Positions 37,276-45,597 of a stretch of 64,000 nt of DNA are shown in pieces. The translations under genes were made by a program, and so were the position numbers. The DNA is taken from positions 2,309,799 through 2,373,798 of the forward strand of contig OY759745.1 of the NCBI GenBank assembly GCA_963662685.1. Direction: 5' to 3'. Below the pieces are notes generated by a model that worked only from the letters and a program-made list of their open reading frames with translations, did no database searches and was not told where the DNA came from. How positions within the stretch are numbered: the stretch's first letter is position 1; each line of letters starts with the position of its first letter. The DNA is from Bacteroidales bacterium. Lineage in GTDB: Bacteria; Bacteroidota; Bacteroidia; Bacteroidales; VadinHA17.

Positions 37276-37875
37276 TTAAAAACCTATATTGACCCCGGCC
37301 GAAGCACCTATATTTTTGTTTTTATAAACAGCATCGCCATTATATATATCCAACAGGCCAAGAGAATAATCTCCCTGGACAAAAACATGAAAAGGGCCTA
37401 ATCCGATCTGGAAGCCGAGACCAAATTTTAATCCGTAATCCTCTTTACGGAATTGGTCGCTTTCAAAATTCACATCTGTGCTGGTTTCGGAAGTCGCATT
37501 AAGTATATCTATGCTTCCATTCAATGCATAGGCTCCATATGCCCCTCCAAGGGCATATACCGGACCTAATTTGACCTTAGCCTGAACGGGTACCTCAATA
37601 TAATTCAGACAGGTTTTGTTATAATAATCATCCGTTGCGAAATGAGAACCCTTAGGAGAATAGAAGGCACCGATTCGTAAATCAATCAGAGGAATAAGAT
37701 CTTTATCAAAATAAATACCGCCACTGAAGTTTGTAAGATATTTCTCATCATAACCAGCAACTGCGCTGCCGTCAATCTTAGCGAAATTTTGTCCGATTTG
37801 AACGCCAAGCTGCGCTTTTGCCTGTACAGACAGAAGTAAGGAAACCGCTACGATTAATAATACTTTTATCTTCAT
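37276..37875 (-). CDS. Small outer-membrane beta-barrel protein (porin-family / OMP_b-brl_2 type), paralogous in design to 29423-30034
   Basis: Signal peptide MKIKVLLIVAVSLLLSVQAKAQ, LNYIEVPVQAKVKLGP motif and a terminal F. Confidence 0.7.
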   Translation of the reverse strand: MKIKVLLIVAVSLLLSVQAKAQLGVQIGQNFAKIDGSAVAGYDEKYLTNFSGGIYFDKDLIPLIDLRIGAFYSPKGSHFATDDYYNKTCLNYIEVPVQAKVKLGPVYALGGAYGAYALNGSIDILNATSETSTDVNFESDQFRKEDYGLKFGLGFQIGLGPFHVFVQGDYSLGLLDIYNGDAVYKNKNIGASAGVNIGF

Positions 37876-38126
37876 ACTATATCTGTTTAGTGAAATTATC
37901 AGAACTCTATCGGGATATAAAATTAAATATTTTCATTAAAAAACCGGCAGACGTGTAAAAAATGTGATCAGAATAGGATCATTACCATTCCCGGAAAATT
38001 ATTATTACCTGACGCAAAAATAATCCACATCCTTAAAATACATATTTTCAGATAAATATCGAATTAAATAATAAATGTTTCAAAAATTTTCAAATAAATG
38101 GTTGTATTTGTATTTAATAATATTAT

Positions 38127-38134
38127 ATATTTGC
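38127..38134 (+). promoter_or_regulatory. -7 promoter box TATATTTG for the padR operon
   Basis: Exact TAnnTTTG, 23 nt upstream of the ATG at 38158. Confidence 0.45.
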
Positions 38135-38157
38135 AATATTAAAGAAACTTATATATT

Positions 38158-38502
38158 ATGATTTCATCTGAATTATTAAAAGGATCGTTAAAAACGATAA
38201 TTCTGAAGTTATTGGAAGAAAACGGAAGAATGTATGGATATGAAATTACCCGGAGGGTAGAGAAACTGACCGGAGGAAAAATGAAGCTTACATATGGTGC
38301 TCTTTACCCGGTTTTACATAAACTGGAGGCTGAGGGGGTATTGATTACCGAATCGGAGAATTTCAATAACAGGATAAGGATATACTATCGCCTTACGCCC
38401 AAAGGGCATTCTGTTGTGGAAGAGAAGATAAAGGAATTGAATGAATTCATTGAGTCTTTACAGAGTATTATTGATCCCAAAACAGGATTGAGCCATGCCT
38501 GA
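38158..38502 (+). CDS. PadR family transcriptional regulator
   Basis: LKGSLKTIILKLLEE..RMYGYEI...VE..T.G......GALYP.LHKLE.EG. Confidence 0.9.
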   Translation: MISSELLKGSLKTIILKLLEENGRMYGYEITRRVEKLTGGKMKLTYGALYPVLHKLEAEGVLITESENFNNRIRIYYRLTPKGHSVVEEKIKELNEFIESLQSIIDPKTGLSHA

Positions 38503-39925
38503 GTTAACCCTGAAAAATGTCGATCAGATTATACGGGATATAAGAGAACAGGATATTGTATTCTCTCATTTAGCCGATGATCTGATTGATCATGTCTGTT
38601 GTGATGTAGAGTATGAGATGACGGATAATCTCTCGTTTGAAGAGGCATATAAAAAAGTGAAATTAAAAATTGGAACAAGGAGAATACAGGAGATACAGGA
38701 GGAGACTCTTTACGCTGTCGATACAAAATATAGAAATATGAAAAATACAATGAAAATTTCGGGTGTCATCGCTACGGTGCTGCTCGGCTTCTCGGCAATT
38801 CTCAAGATACAGCATTTGCCTTTTGCTGGGATCTTATTGACTCTTGGGGCTATAGGGCTTGCTTTAGTCTTTATGCCATCGGCTTTGAACGTACTTTGGA
38901 AGGAATCAAAAAGTGGTAGAAAAATTTTTCTGTTCATTTCGGCTTTTTTCTCCTCCCTGTTTTTTATTCTTGGAATGTTGTTCAAGATTCAGCATTGGCC
39001 GGGTTCGGGGATCATGATTCTGATCGCTGTACTTGTTGCTGGCTTGTTGTTTATTCCGGCGCTTTTGGTTTTTAAGATGCGCGACACTGATAACAAGAGG
39101 AAAAGACCTCTTTATGTTTCAGGAGCCATAGCGCTTTTGTTTTATGTGGCCGCATTTTTGTTCAGGATAATGAATTGGCCATTTGCCGGAATTATGGGCT
39201 TGATCGGATGGTTGGGACTGGTATTTGTGACTTTTCCGTGGTATACGGTATTAAACTTTAAGGATGATAAAAATATATCCGCCAGATTCATTTTTATTTC
39301 TATAGCTATACCGCTAATAGTTGTGCCATCTGCTTTGATAAACCTGAACCTTGGTAATTCTTACGAAAAAGATTTTTTTGACCATCTAAATGGTCAGGAG
39401 GCATTATTGGAATACCAGACAGGCATGTATGATTCATACCGTGCAGCATATGAAACAGACTTACCGGATACTGTTCTGATCGGGTTGGAGAATCAAAGAG
39501 ACAGGACAATATCAATAATAAACGATATTGAAAAGAGAATGATATCCATGGCAGAAGGAGAAGCAGGGATACCTGTGGCGTCACCTCGCCAGATAAGTTT
39601 TTCGGGAAATATGATGAAGGTAGATTACCGGATGTTGAGTGAACCGTTCATGCGCGGGCCATTTAACTCTTTAATTATGAGTGGGACAGAAGGCAGGATA
39701 TCCTTGGAAAACGCATTATCTGATTATATGAATTCTTTATCGGAAACGGCAGGATACCAGGTTACCGGGGATCTTGGCGACTTATTGACAGTGTCAACTT
39801 ATATAGGCAATGATGTGGAAGATAAAGAAATCTCTTTAGTCACCGCCCTGCATTCGCTGGATCTGATGAAAAACAGCGTTATGGCGGTTCATTCGTATGT
39901 AATCGGGAAAATAACAGATAAATAA
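38495..39925 (+). CDS. PadR-associated polytopic membrane protein with three repeated K-x-x-H/N-W/L-P-x-A/S-G-I TM hairpins and a C-terminal extracytoplasmic domain
   Basis: The start overlaps the padR stop (ATGCCTGA). The N-terminal helical module reads DDLIDHVCCDVEYEM..NLSFEEAYKKV. The repeats are LKIQHLPFAGILL, FKIQHWPGSGIMIL and FRIMNWPFAGIMGL. Confidence 0.7.
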   Translation: MPELTLKNVDQIIRDIREQDIVFSHLADDLIDHVCCDVEYEMTDNLSFEEAYKKVKLKIGTRRIQEIQEETLYAVDTKYRNMKNTMKISGVIATVLLGFSAILKIQHLPFAGILLTLGAIGLALVFMPSALNVLWKESKSGRKIFLFISAFFSSLFFILGMLFKIQHWPGSGIMILIAVLVAGLLFIPALLVFKMRDTDNKRKRPLYVSGAIALLFYVAAFLFRIMNWPFAGIMGLIGWLGLVFVTFPWYTVLNFKDDKNISARFIFISIAIPLIVVPSALINLNLGNSYEKDFFDHLNGQEALLEYQTGMYDSYRAAYETDLPDTVLIGLENQRDRTISIINDIEKRMISMAEGEAGIPVASPRQISFSGNMMKVDYRMLSEPFMRGPFNSLIMSGTEGRISLENALSDYMNSLSETAGYQVTGDLGDLLTVSTYIGNDVEDKEISLVTALHSLDLMKNSVMAVHSYVIGKITDK

Positions 39926-39934
39926 ATCAAGATC

Positions 39935-40879
39935 ATGAAAGAGAAAAAATACATATTAGGATTGATATCAATCGGAACACTAGTTTTGGGCGCTGTATTT
40001 AAGGTTAACCATTGGCCCGCGGCCGGGATAATGATAACAATAGGAACGTTATTGGTAGTGTTCGCGTTTCTTCCCCTGGCACTTATATCAAATTACAGGA
40101 TAGAGAAAAACAGGGCCAACCTGCCCCTGTATTATACTACATGGGTAACTTGTCTGATTGTCATGAGCGCTATGTTGTTCAAAATAATGCACTGGCCGGG
40201 GGCCGGTATTCTTGTCGTTGTCTCTCTTCCTTTTCCTTTCGTGGTTTTTCTTCCGGTATATCTGTACGTGACTTCGAAAAACAAAAACTACAATATGTAC
40301 AATATGGTTTTTGTGCTTTTTCTTTTGGCTGTTCAGGCTATGTTCGCGGCTTTACTGGCATTAAACGTATCACGGGAACGCATCGACGACAGTCTCACAT
40401 TTGCGGCAGATTATAACAGGGTAGAAGAGAAAATCAGACCTGTAGTTAAGGATAGCGGCGCCGATGATTCAAAGATAGTTGTCGATATTAACGCTACTCT
40501 GAAAATAATAGATGAATGTCAGGATATGCTCTTTACGGGTATAGGAGTTACGGAAAAGACGTGGGAGGAGGACCCATTTAAGGTACCTTATATGGATAGT
40601 AGGGGTTATCTGGCTAATTTGTTGATATATAATAATGATAATGCGCCTGGAATAATGTTGGGAAAGAGCCTTGACAACCTGTTTAATGACTTTAAGGAAA
40701 TGAAAGGAAGTGGCGCATCATACGATACTTTTGCTTCAATTATTAATTATCAACGTGAAGAAGACGACGTAAATTCATGGTCGGAGACCCTGTTCACAGA
40801 TAATTATTTGTCGTGGGTACTTATATATCTTGATGAACTGGAGGTAAATCTACTGTTTTTAAAATCTGTTTTTATCTAA
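39935..40879 (+). CDS. Membrane protein with two further copies of the same TM-hairpin motif plus a C-terminal soluble domain
   Basis: FKVNHWPAAGIMITIG and FKIMHWPGAGILVVV. It starts 9 nt after the preceding gene. Confidence 0.7.
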   Translation: MKEKKYILGLISIGTLVLGAVFKVNHWPAAGIMITIGTLLVVFAFLPLALISNYRIEKNRANLPLYYTTWVTCLIVMSAMLFKIMHWPGAGILVVVSLPFPFVVFLPVYLYVTSKNKNYNMYNMVFVLFLLAVQAMFAALLALNVSRERIDDSLTFAADYNRVEEKIRPVVKDSGADDSKIVVDINATLKIIDECQDMLFTGIGVTEKTWEEDPFKVPYMDSRGYLANLLIYNNDNAPGIMLGKSLDNLFNDFKEMKGSGASYDTFASIINYQREEDDVNSWSETLFTDNYLSWVLIYLDELEVNLLFLKSVFI

Positions 40880-41250
40880 GTACAATTTATTTACCTTCGG
40901 ATGTTACCCCTTGATAATGAGAACTATATTCCTGCGGCACAAATTATAGCGAAGACCCAAAAAGAGACCATACTGTTCCCTGGCGACTGAACTCATAATG
41001 GTATTCATGTTCGGGGAAGAGAAGAGAGAAAAGCCTGGTCCCAGGTAAACCGAGGATACTGAAATTTCCGGCACTTTGCCTCTTTGTTTCGTTGCGGCGA
41101 AAATCAAAACTCCAAAACGAAATATTTTTTTAACCCCCACAAAGTCGACCCATCTTCCCAATGGTAAAAGAAGAATAACGGAAGAGCCAGATTAACTGAA
41201 GATGTAAGAAATGGATTAAGAAAGGATGTAACGGCGACAACCTAAAGAAA

Positions 41251-41802
41251 TCAGGTTAACGCTACCTCCTGGACCATTCTTGTTCCGGTAATCAAAGCTC
41301 TGATATTGAGTCGCATCAGATTATAATGACGTACAGGAATTGATTTTTTCAGGCCCTGTAATACACTTTTCATAGATACGACAGGTTTAAGTTTTAGGTA
41401 TGCGCCGAGTATTATCATGTTGAAAATTCTGACGTTACCCAATTTAGCTGCCTCCTCTGAAGCATCGACCCTTATTATTTTAATGTCTTTCCGTTCCGGG
41501 TGACGCGATATGCCGTTACCATCGTATATTAACAGACCACCGGGCTTTATGCAATTCTCGAATTTGTCCAGAGACTGCTGGTTGAGGATTATTCCCGTGT
41601 CGAACATTTTTAATGAAGGAGAACTGATCCGTTTATCGCTTAAAATAACTGTTACGTTGGCTGTCCCTCCACGCATCTCAGGTCCGTACGAAGGCATCCA
41701 GGAAACTTCCATGTCCTGTGCCAGACTGGAGTATGCAAGTATTTTCCCCATTGAAAGAACGCCTTGTCCCCCGAATCCCGCAATAATAATTTCTTCGTTC
41801 AT
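41251..41802 (-). CDS. 2-oxoacid:ferredoxin oxidoreductase, gamma subunit
   Basis: IIIAGFGGQGVLSMGKILA start motif, 183 aa. It is the last gene of the four-gene operon. Confidence 0.88.
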   Translation of the reverse strand: MNEEIIIAGFGGQGVLSMGKILAYSSLAQDMEVSWMPSYGPEMRGGTANVTVILSDKRISSPSLKMFDTGIILNQQSLDKFENCIKPGGLLIYDGNGISRHPERKDIKIIRVDASEEAAKLGNVRIFNMIILGAYLKLKPVVSMKSVLQGLKKSIPVRHYNLMRLNIRALITGTRMVQEVALT

Positions 41803-41842
41803 GATCTATGTTATTTCTTCGTTTTGGTTAGAATATTGTTCT

Positions 41843-42616
41843 TTAAATATCTTTTAAATCACCTATTGGGTAAAATGGAAACATGTTTTCCTCCATCCAC
41901 TTATTGGCGCTCACAGGATCCATTTTCCAACCTGAGCCGCACGTGGACACTATCTCGATAAACGATGTCCCTTTTTCCTCTTTTTGATTATTGAACGCTT
42001 TTAACATTGCTTTTTTTGTCTTTCTGACGGCGGCGGCGGTATGGACAGATTGTCGGGTAACATAACAGGTTCCCGGAAGCGTGGCTACAATATCTGTTAT
42101 TTTCAAAGGATTTCCTTCACGCTTTATATCCCTTCCGAACGGAGATGTGGATGTTCGCATACCGGGTAGGGTTGTAGGGGCCATCTGGCCTCCTGTCATA
42201 CCATATATGCCGTTGTTAATGAAAACAATAAGTATGTTTTCCCCCCTGTTGCATGTATGAATAGTTTCGGAAGTACCTATAGCTGCCAGATCCCCGTCTC
42301 CCTGATATGTGAAAACGTATCTGTCGGGCCGAAGCCTTTTCATTCCTGTCGCCACTGCCGGTGCCCTGCCGTGGGCTGCCTCCTGCCAATCGATATCAAT
42401 GAAGTTATACAGGAACACCGAACAACCTACAGGTGTCACTCCCATGGTTTCTTTCTCAATTCCCAACTCTTCTATTACCTCGGCCAAAATCTTGTTGGCT
42501 ACTCCGTGACTGCAACCCGGACAATAGTTCATAACATTGTCGGTTAGTAGTTTACTTTTGGAGTAAACAAGGTTTTCCGGTTTTATTATATCGTTTTCTT
42601 TAATGTCAGCAATCAT
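41843..42616 (-). CDS. 2-oxoacid (2-oxoglutarate-type):ferredoxin oxidoreductase, beta (TPP-binding) subunit
   Basis: CPGCSHG cluster motif and TPP motif GDGD....G......NNGIYGMTGGQ. Confidence 0.9.
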   Translation of the reverse strand: MIADIKENDIIKPENLVYSKSKLLTDNVMNYCPGCSHGVANKILAEVIEELGIEKETMGVTPVGCSVFLYNFIDIDWQEAAHGRAPAVATGMKRLRPDRYVFTYQGDGDLAAIGTSETIHTCNRGENILIVFINNGIYGMTGGQMAPTTLPGMRTSTSPFGRDIKREGNPLKITDIVATLPGTCYVTRQSVHTAAAVRKTKKAMLKAFNNQKEEKGTSFIEIVSTCGSGWKMDPVSANKWMEENMFPFYPIGDLKDI

Positions 42617-42618
42617 TT

Positions 42619-43704
42619 TTATTTACCTCCAATGATATTGAGTTTCATAGCATCAACAACCTCCTCGGGGGAGTGAATAATGCCGCCCATTCTTCCGAAA
42701 TGTCTCACTTTGATGTTTTCTGGGACAGACAGTCTTATGTCTTCTATCATCTGACCGGCGCTCATCTCTACCGATAATATACCTTTTAAATTGACAGACA
42801 GTTCCCTGATTCTCTTTGACGGAAATGGGAACAGAGTTATTGGTCTGAGCAAACCGACTTTTTTCCCTGTTTGTCTGAGTAGCTGCACAGATTTCTGGCA
42901 AATTCTGGCACTGGAACCGTAAGCTATGAAAAGATATTCAGCGTCTTCTGTTTCGAACTCTTCGTAACGAACTTCCTCTTCCTGTATTTTCCTATATTTT
43001 TCCTGAAGCTTCTGGTTGAAACGTTCGAACCTATTTGAATCAAGATCTACCGAGGTTATAATGTTTCTTTCCCTTGATTCAGGTTTTCCTGTTGTTGCCC
43101 ACGGGCTTAAACGTTCAATATCTTCATCCGTCCATCTGGTTTTAAATGGTTTTAGCTCCACTTTCTCCATCATCTGACCTATCATTCCGTCGCTCAGTAT
43201 CATAGCGGGATTTCTGTATTTAAAGGCAAGGTCAAAAGCCAGTTCCACAAAATCTGCCATTTCCTGAACCGAAGCCGGAGCAAGTACTATCAGCTTGTAA
43301 TCGCCATGTCCGCCCCCTTTGACGGCTTGAAAATAGTCGGATTGGGCTGGTTGTATCGTTCCTAATCCCGGACCGCCCCTGACAACATTTACGATCAGAC
43401 AGGGCAATTCAGCGCCCGCCATATAGGTGATACCTTCCTGCATGAGACTTATACCGGGACTTGAAGATGATGTCATAACCTTTTTACCGCAACCGGCGCC
43501 ACCATATACCATATTTATGGAAGCAATTTCACTTTCGGCCTGTAGTACCACCATTCCTGTACTTTCCCATGGTTTCAAAGTCGTAAGTGTCTCCATTACT
43601 TCTGATTGTGGCGTTATAGGGTAACCGAAGTAACCGTCAGTCCCGCAACGTATAGCGGCTTCGGCCAAAGCTTCGTTCCCTTTCATCAACCTTATTTCTT
43701 TCAT
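42619..43704 (-). CDS. 2-oxoacid:ferredoxin oxidoreductase, alpha subunit
   Basis: GNEALAEAAIRCG...YPITPQSE start and a typical KorA/VorB layout. It ends 2 nt before the beta subunit. Confidence 0.9.
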   Translation of the reverse strand: MKEIRLMKGNEALAEAAIRCGTDGYFGYPITPQSEVMETLTTLKPWESTGMVVLQAESEIASINMVYGGAGCGKKVMTSSSSPGISLMQEGITYMAGAELPCLIVNVVRGGPGLGTIQPAQSDYFQAVKGGGHGDYKLIVLAPASVQEMADFVELAFDLAFKYRNPAMILSDGMIGQMMEKVELKPFKTRWTDEDIERLSPWATTGKPESRERNIITSVDLDSNRFERFNQKLQEKYRKIQEEEVRYEEFETEDAEYLFIAYGSSARICQKSVQLLRQTGKKVGLLRPITLFPFPSKRIRELSVNLKGILSVEMSAGQMIEDIRLSVPENIKVRHFGRMGGIIHSPEEVVDAMKLNIIGGK

Positions 43705-43817
43705 ACCAGCGTTTCCTGTTTTTTAAGTATCAGTATCCTCTGCATTAATAGTTTCTGTTCTTCATCCGAAGAGCGGGCACTTCATGTTTAATCTCTGAAT
43801 AATTGATGATATATCTC

Positions 43818-44054
43818 CTAAGCCGCATGGTCTATCTTTATTTTGTAAACAGTGATGCAACTATCGGGACAAACTAACGCACAGTTGGCGCAACCAATAC
43901 ATGTGTCAGGATTCACGGATTCCGCGAAGTTATAGCCTTTACCGTTAACTTCATCACTCAGACTGATTACGTCGTAGGGACATGCTTTAACGCATAGCGC
44001 GCAACCTTTACAGGTAACTGTGTCGACAACTATTGCTCCTTTTATTTTCGCCAT
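43818..44054 (-). CDS. 4Fe-4S dicluster ferredoxin-type delta subunit of the oxidoreductase
   Basis: The start was set at MAKIKGAIVV. Two CxxCxxCxxxCP motifs are present: CKGCALCVKACP and CIGCANCALVCP. Confidence 0.85.
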   Translation of the reverse strand: MAKIKGAIVVDTVTCKGCALCVKACPYDVISLSDEVNGKGYNFAESVNPDTCIGCANCALVCPDSCITVYKIKIDHAA

Positions 44055-44500
44055 ATACGATATATTTAATAAAATATAAGAATAATGACCGGCTATTGTC
44101 GCGGCAAACATAATCAAGAGGAGCATAGATTATGTCGCTATGTTTGCTGATTTCGTACCATTATGTGTATATATCTGTTTAGTAGTGTATTATAAATAGA
44201 TACTGTAAGGGTCCGATTTGTCCAATGGGATAAAATAAAGATAATAGGGATAAAATGGTGTTTATTGTTGGCGAAAATTCCGTCTCGGCCAGAAAAAAGT
44301 GGCGAAATTTCCAGATAATGCTTTTTTGTAGTTAAAGCCGGGATCTTTATGTTGGTCTACTATTATAGTAGTCGTTAAGTGGTTTGTAATAAAGTTATAA
44401 AAGATTAAATAATTGATACATTTAGTTTTATAATAGTTTTTTGATAATAAAAAGGCTATATTTATCGAACAATTGTTTATGTTTAAAGAGGAGGTATATT

Positions 44501-45520
44501 ATGGATAATGCAAAAATTGCCTTTTTTGATTCGAAGCCATATGATATGGAGGTCTTTAAAACCTTGAACGAAAAACATGGTTATGAAATCAGATTTTATA
44601 AGAACCATTTGAACATTGAGAATAGTATTCTAGCAAATGGTTTTGATGTTGTTTGCGTTTTTGTAAACGACTCTTTGGACAAAGAGATGATAGATATCCT
44701 TTATGGGTATGGAGTCAAATTGGTAGCGTTGCGTTGTGCCGGGTTTAACAATGTTGACCTGAAAGCAGCTCAAGGTAAATTAAGAGTGGTCAGGGTTCCT
44801 GCCTATTCTCCTCATGCTGTTGCTGAGTATAACGCTGCTTTGATTCTTACTCTTAATCGTAAGATTCACAGGGCATACTATAGAACACGCGATCTTAACT
44901 TCGCTTTGAGCGGGTTGATGGGATTCGATCTGTTTGGCAAGTGCGCCGGTATTATAGGAACAGGTAAGATCGGAAAAGTTCTTGTGCGGATATTAAAAGG
45001 ATTTGGTATGGAGGTTCTTCTGTTCGACAAATATCCTGACGAGGCTTTTGCCCTGGAGGCTGGAGCGAGATATGTCGGTTTGGATGAAATTTTCAGAGGA
45101 TCAGATATTATTTCGTTAAACTGCCCCCTTACCAAAGAGACAGAGTATATGATAAACGCTGCCACAATCGATATGATGAAAAAAGGGGTAATGTTGATCA
45201 ATACGGGTAGGGGCAAATTAATAAACACAAAAGACCTTATCGAAGGTTTGAAAGATGGAAAGATTGGTTCGGCCGGACTGGATGTATATGAGGAGGAGGG
45301 TAACTATTTTTACGAGGATCATTCAGACAGATTGTTACCCGATGATGTGCTGGCGCGGTTGCTTACTTTCAATAACGTGATAATCACTTCACATCAGGGA
45401 TTTTTCACAAGAGAGGCGTTAACAAACATAGCGACAACTACTTTGGATAATATAAAAGAGTACTTCCTGAACCCTGAAAAAGAAAAGTATCCTAACGAGG
45501 TTTGTTATAAATGCCAATAA
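44501..45520 (+). CDS. ldhA: D-lactate dehydrogenase (D-isomer-specific 2-hydroxyacid dehydrogenase)
   Basis: From MDNAKIAFFDSKPYD the protein is collinear with E. coli LdhA: LRCAGFNNVDL, VVRVPAYSPHAVAE, TLNRKIHRAYYRTRD.NF, GIIGTGKIG and MLINTGRG. It is preceded by AGAGGAGG plus a 6-nt spacer. Confidence 0.92.
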   Translation: MDNAKIAFFDSKPYDMEVFKTLNEKHGYEIRFYKNHLNIENSILANGFDVVCVFVNDSLDKEMIDILYGYGVKLVALRCAGFNNVDLKAAQGKLRVVRVPAYSPHAVAEYNAALILTLNRKIHRAYYRTRDLNFALSGLMGFDLFGKCAGIIGTGKIGKVLVRILKGFGMEVLLFDKYPDEAFALEAGARYVGLDEIFRGSDIISLNCPLTKETEYMINAATIDMMKKGVMLINTGRGKLINTKDLIEGLKDGKIGSAGLDVYEEEGNYFYEDHSDRLLPDDVLARLLTFNNVIITSHQGFFTREALTNIATTTLDNIKEYFLNPEKEKYPNEVCYKCQ

Positions 45521-45527
45521 AAACAGT

Positions 45528-45576
45528 TATCCCGAAGCCGGTATTTATAGGACTTCGGGATACTTGCCTTTTTTGC
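45528..45576. terminator. Bidirectional terminator between ldhA and the TolC-family gene
   Basis: TATCCCGAAG...(15-nt loop)...CTTCGGGATA, a 10-bp stem. T-runs follow on both strands. Confidence 0.75.
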
Positions 45577-45597
45577 TATTAATGCTTATAAAGTGTT

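Noticed and set aside
40904-41161. 85-aa minus-strand ORF in the kor-downstream spacer. I also tested whether this spacer is tmRNA, RNase P RNA or SRP RNA.
   Set aside because: - The ORF has no start context, signal or family resemblance.
- There is no tRNA-like T-arm (GGTTCGA.TCC) and no Ala-Ala-stop tag, as expected for tmRNA.
- There is no GAAAGTCCGG-type P4 motif, as expected for RNase P RNA.
- There is no GGAAGCAGCC-type motif, as expected for SRP RNA.

The region is kept only as an unexplained spacer finding.
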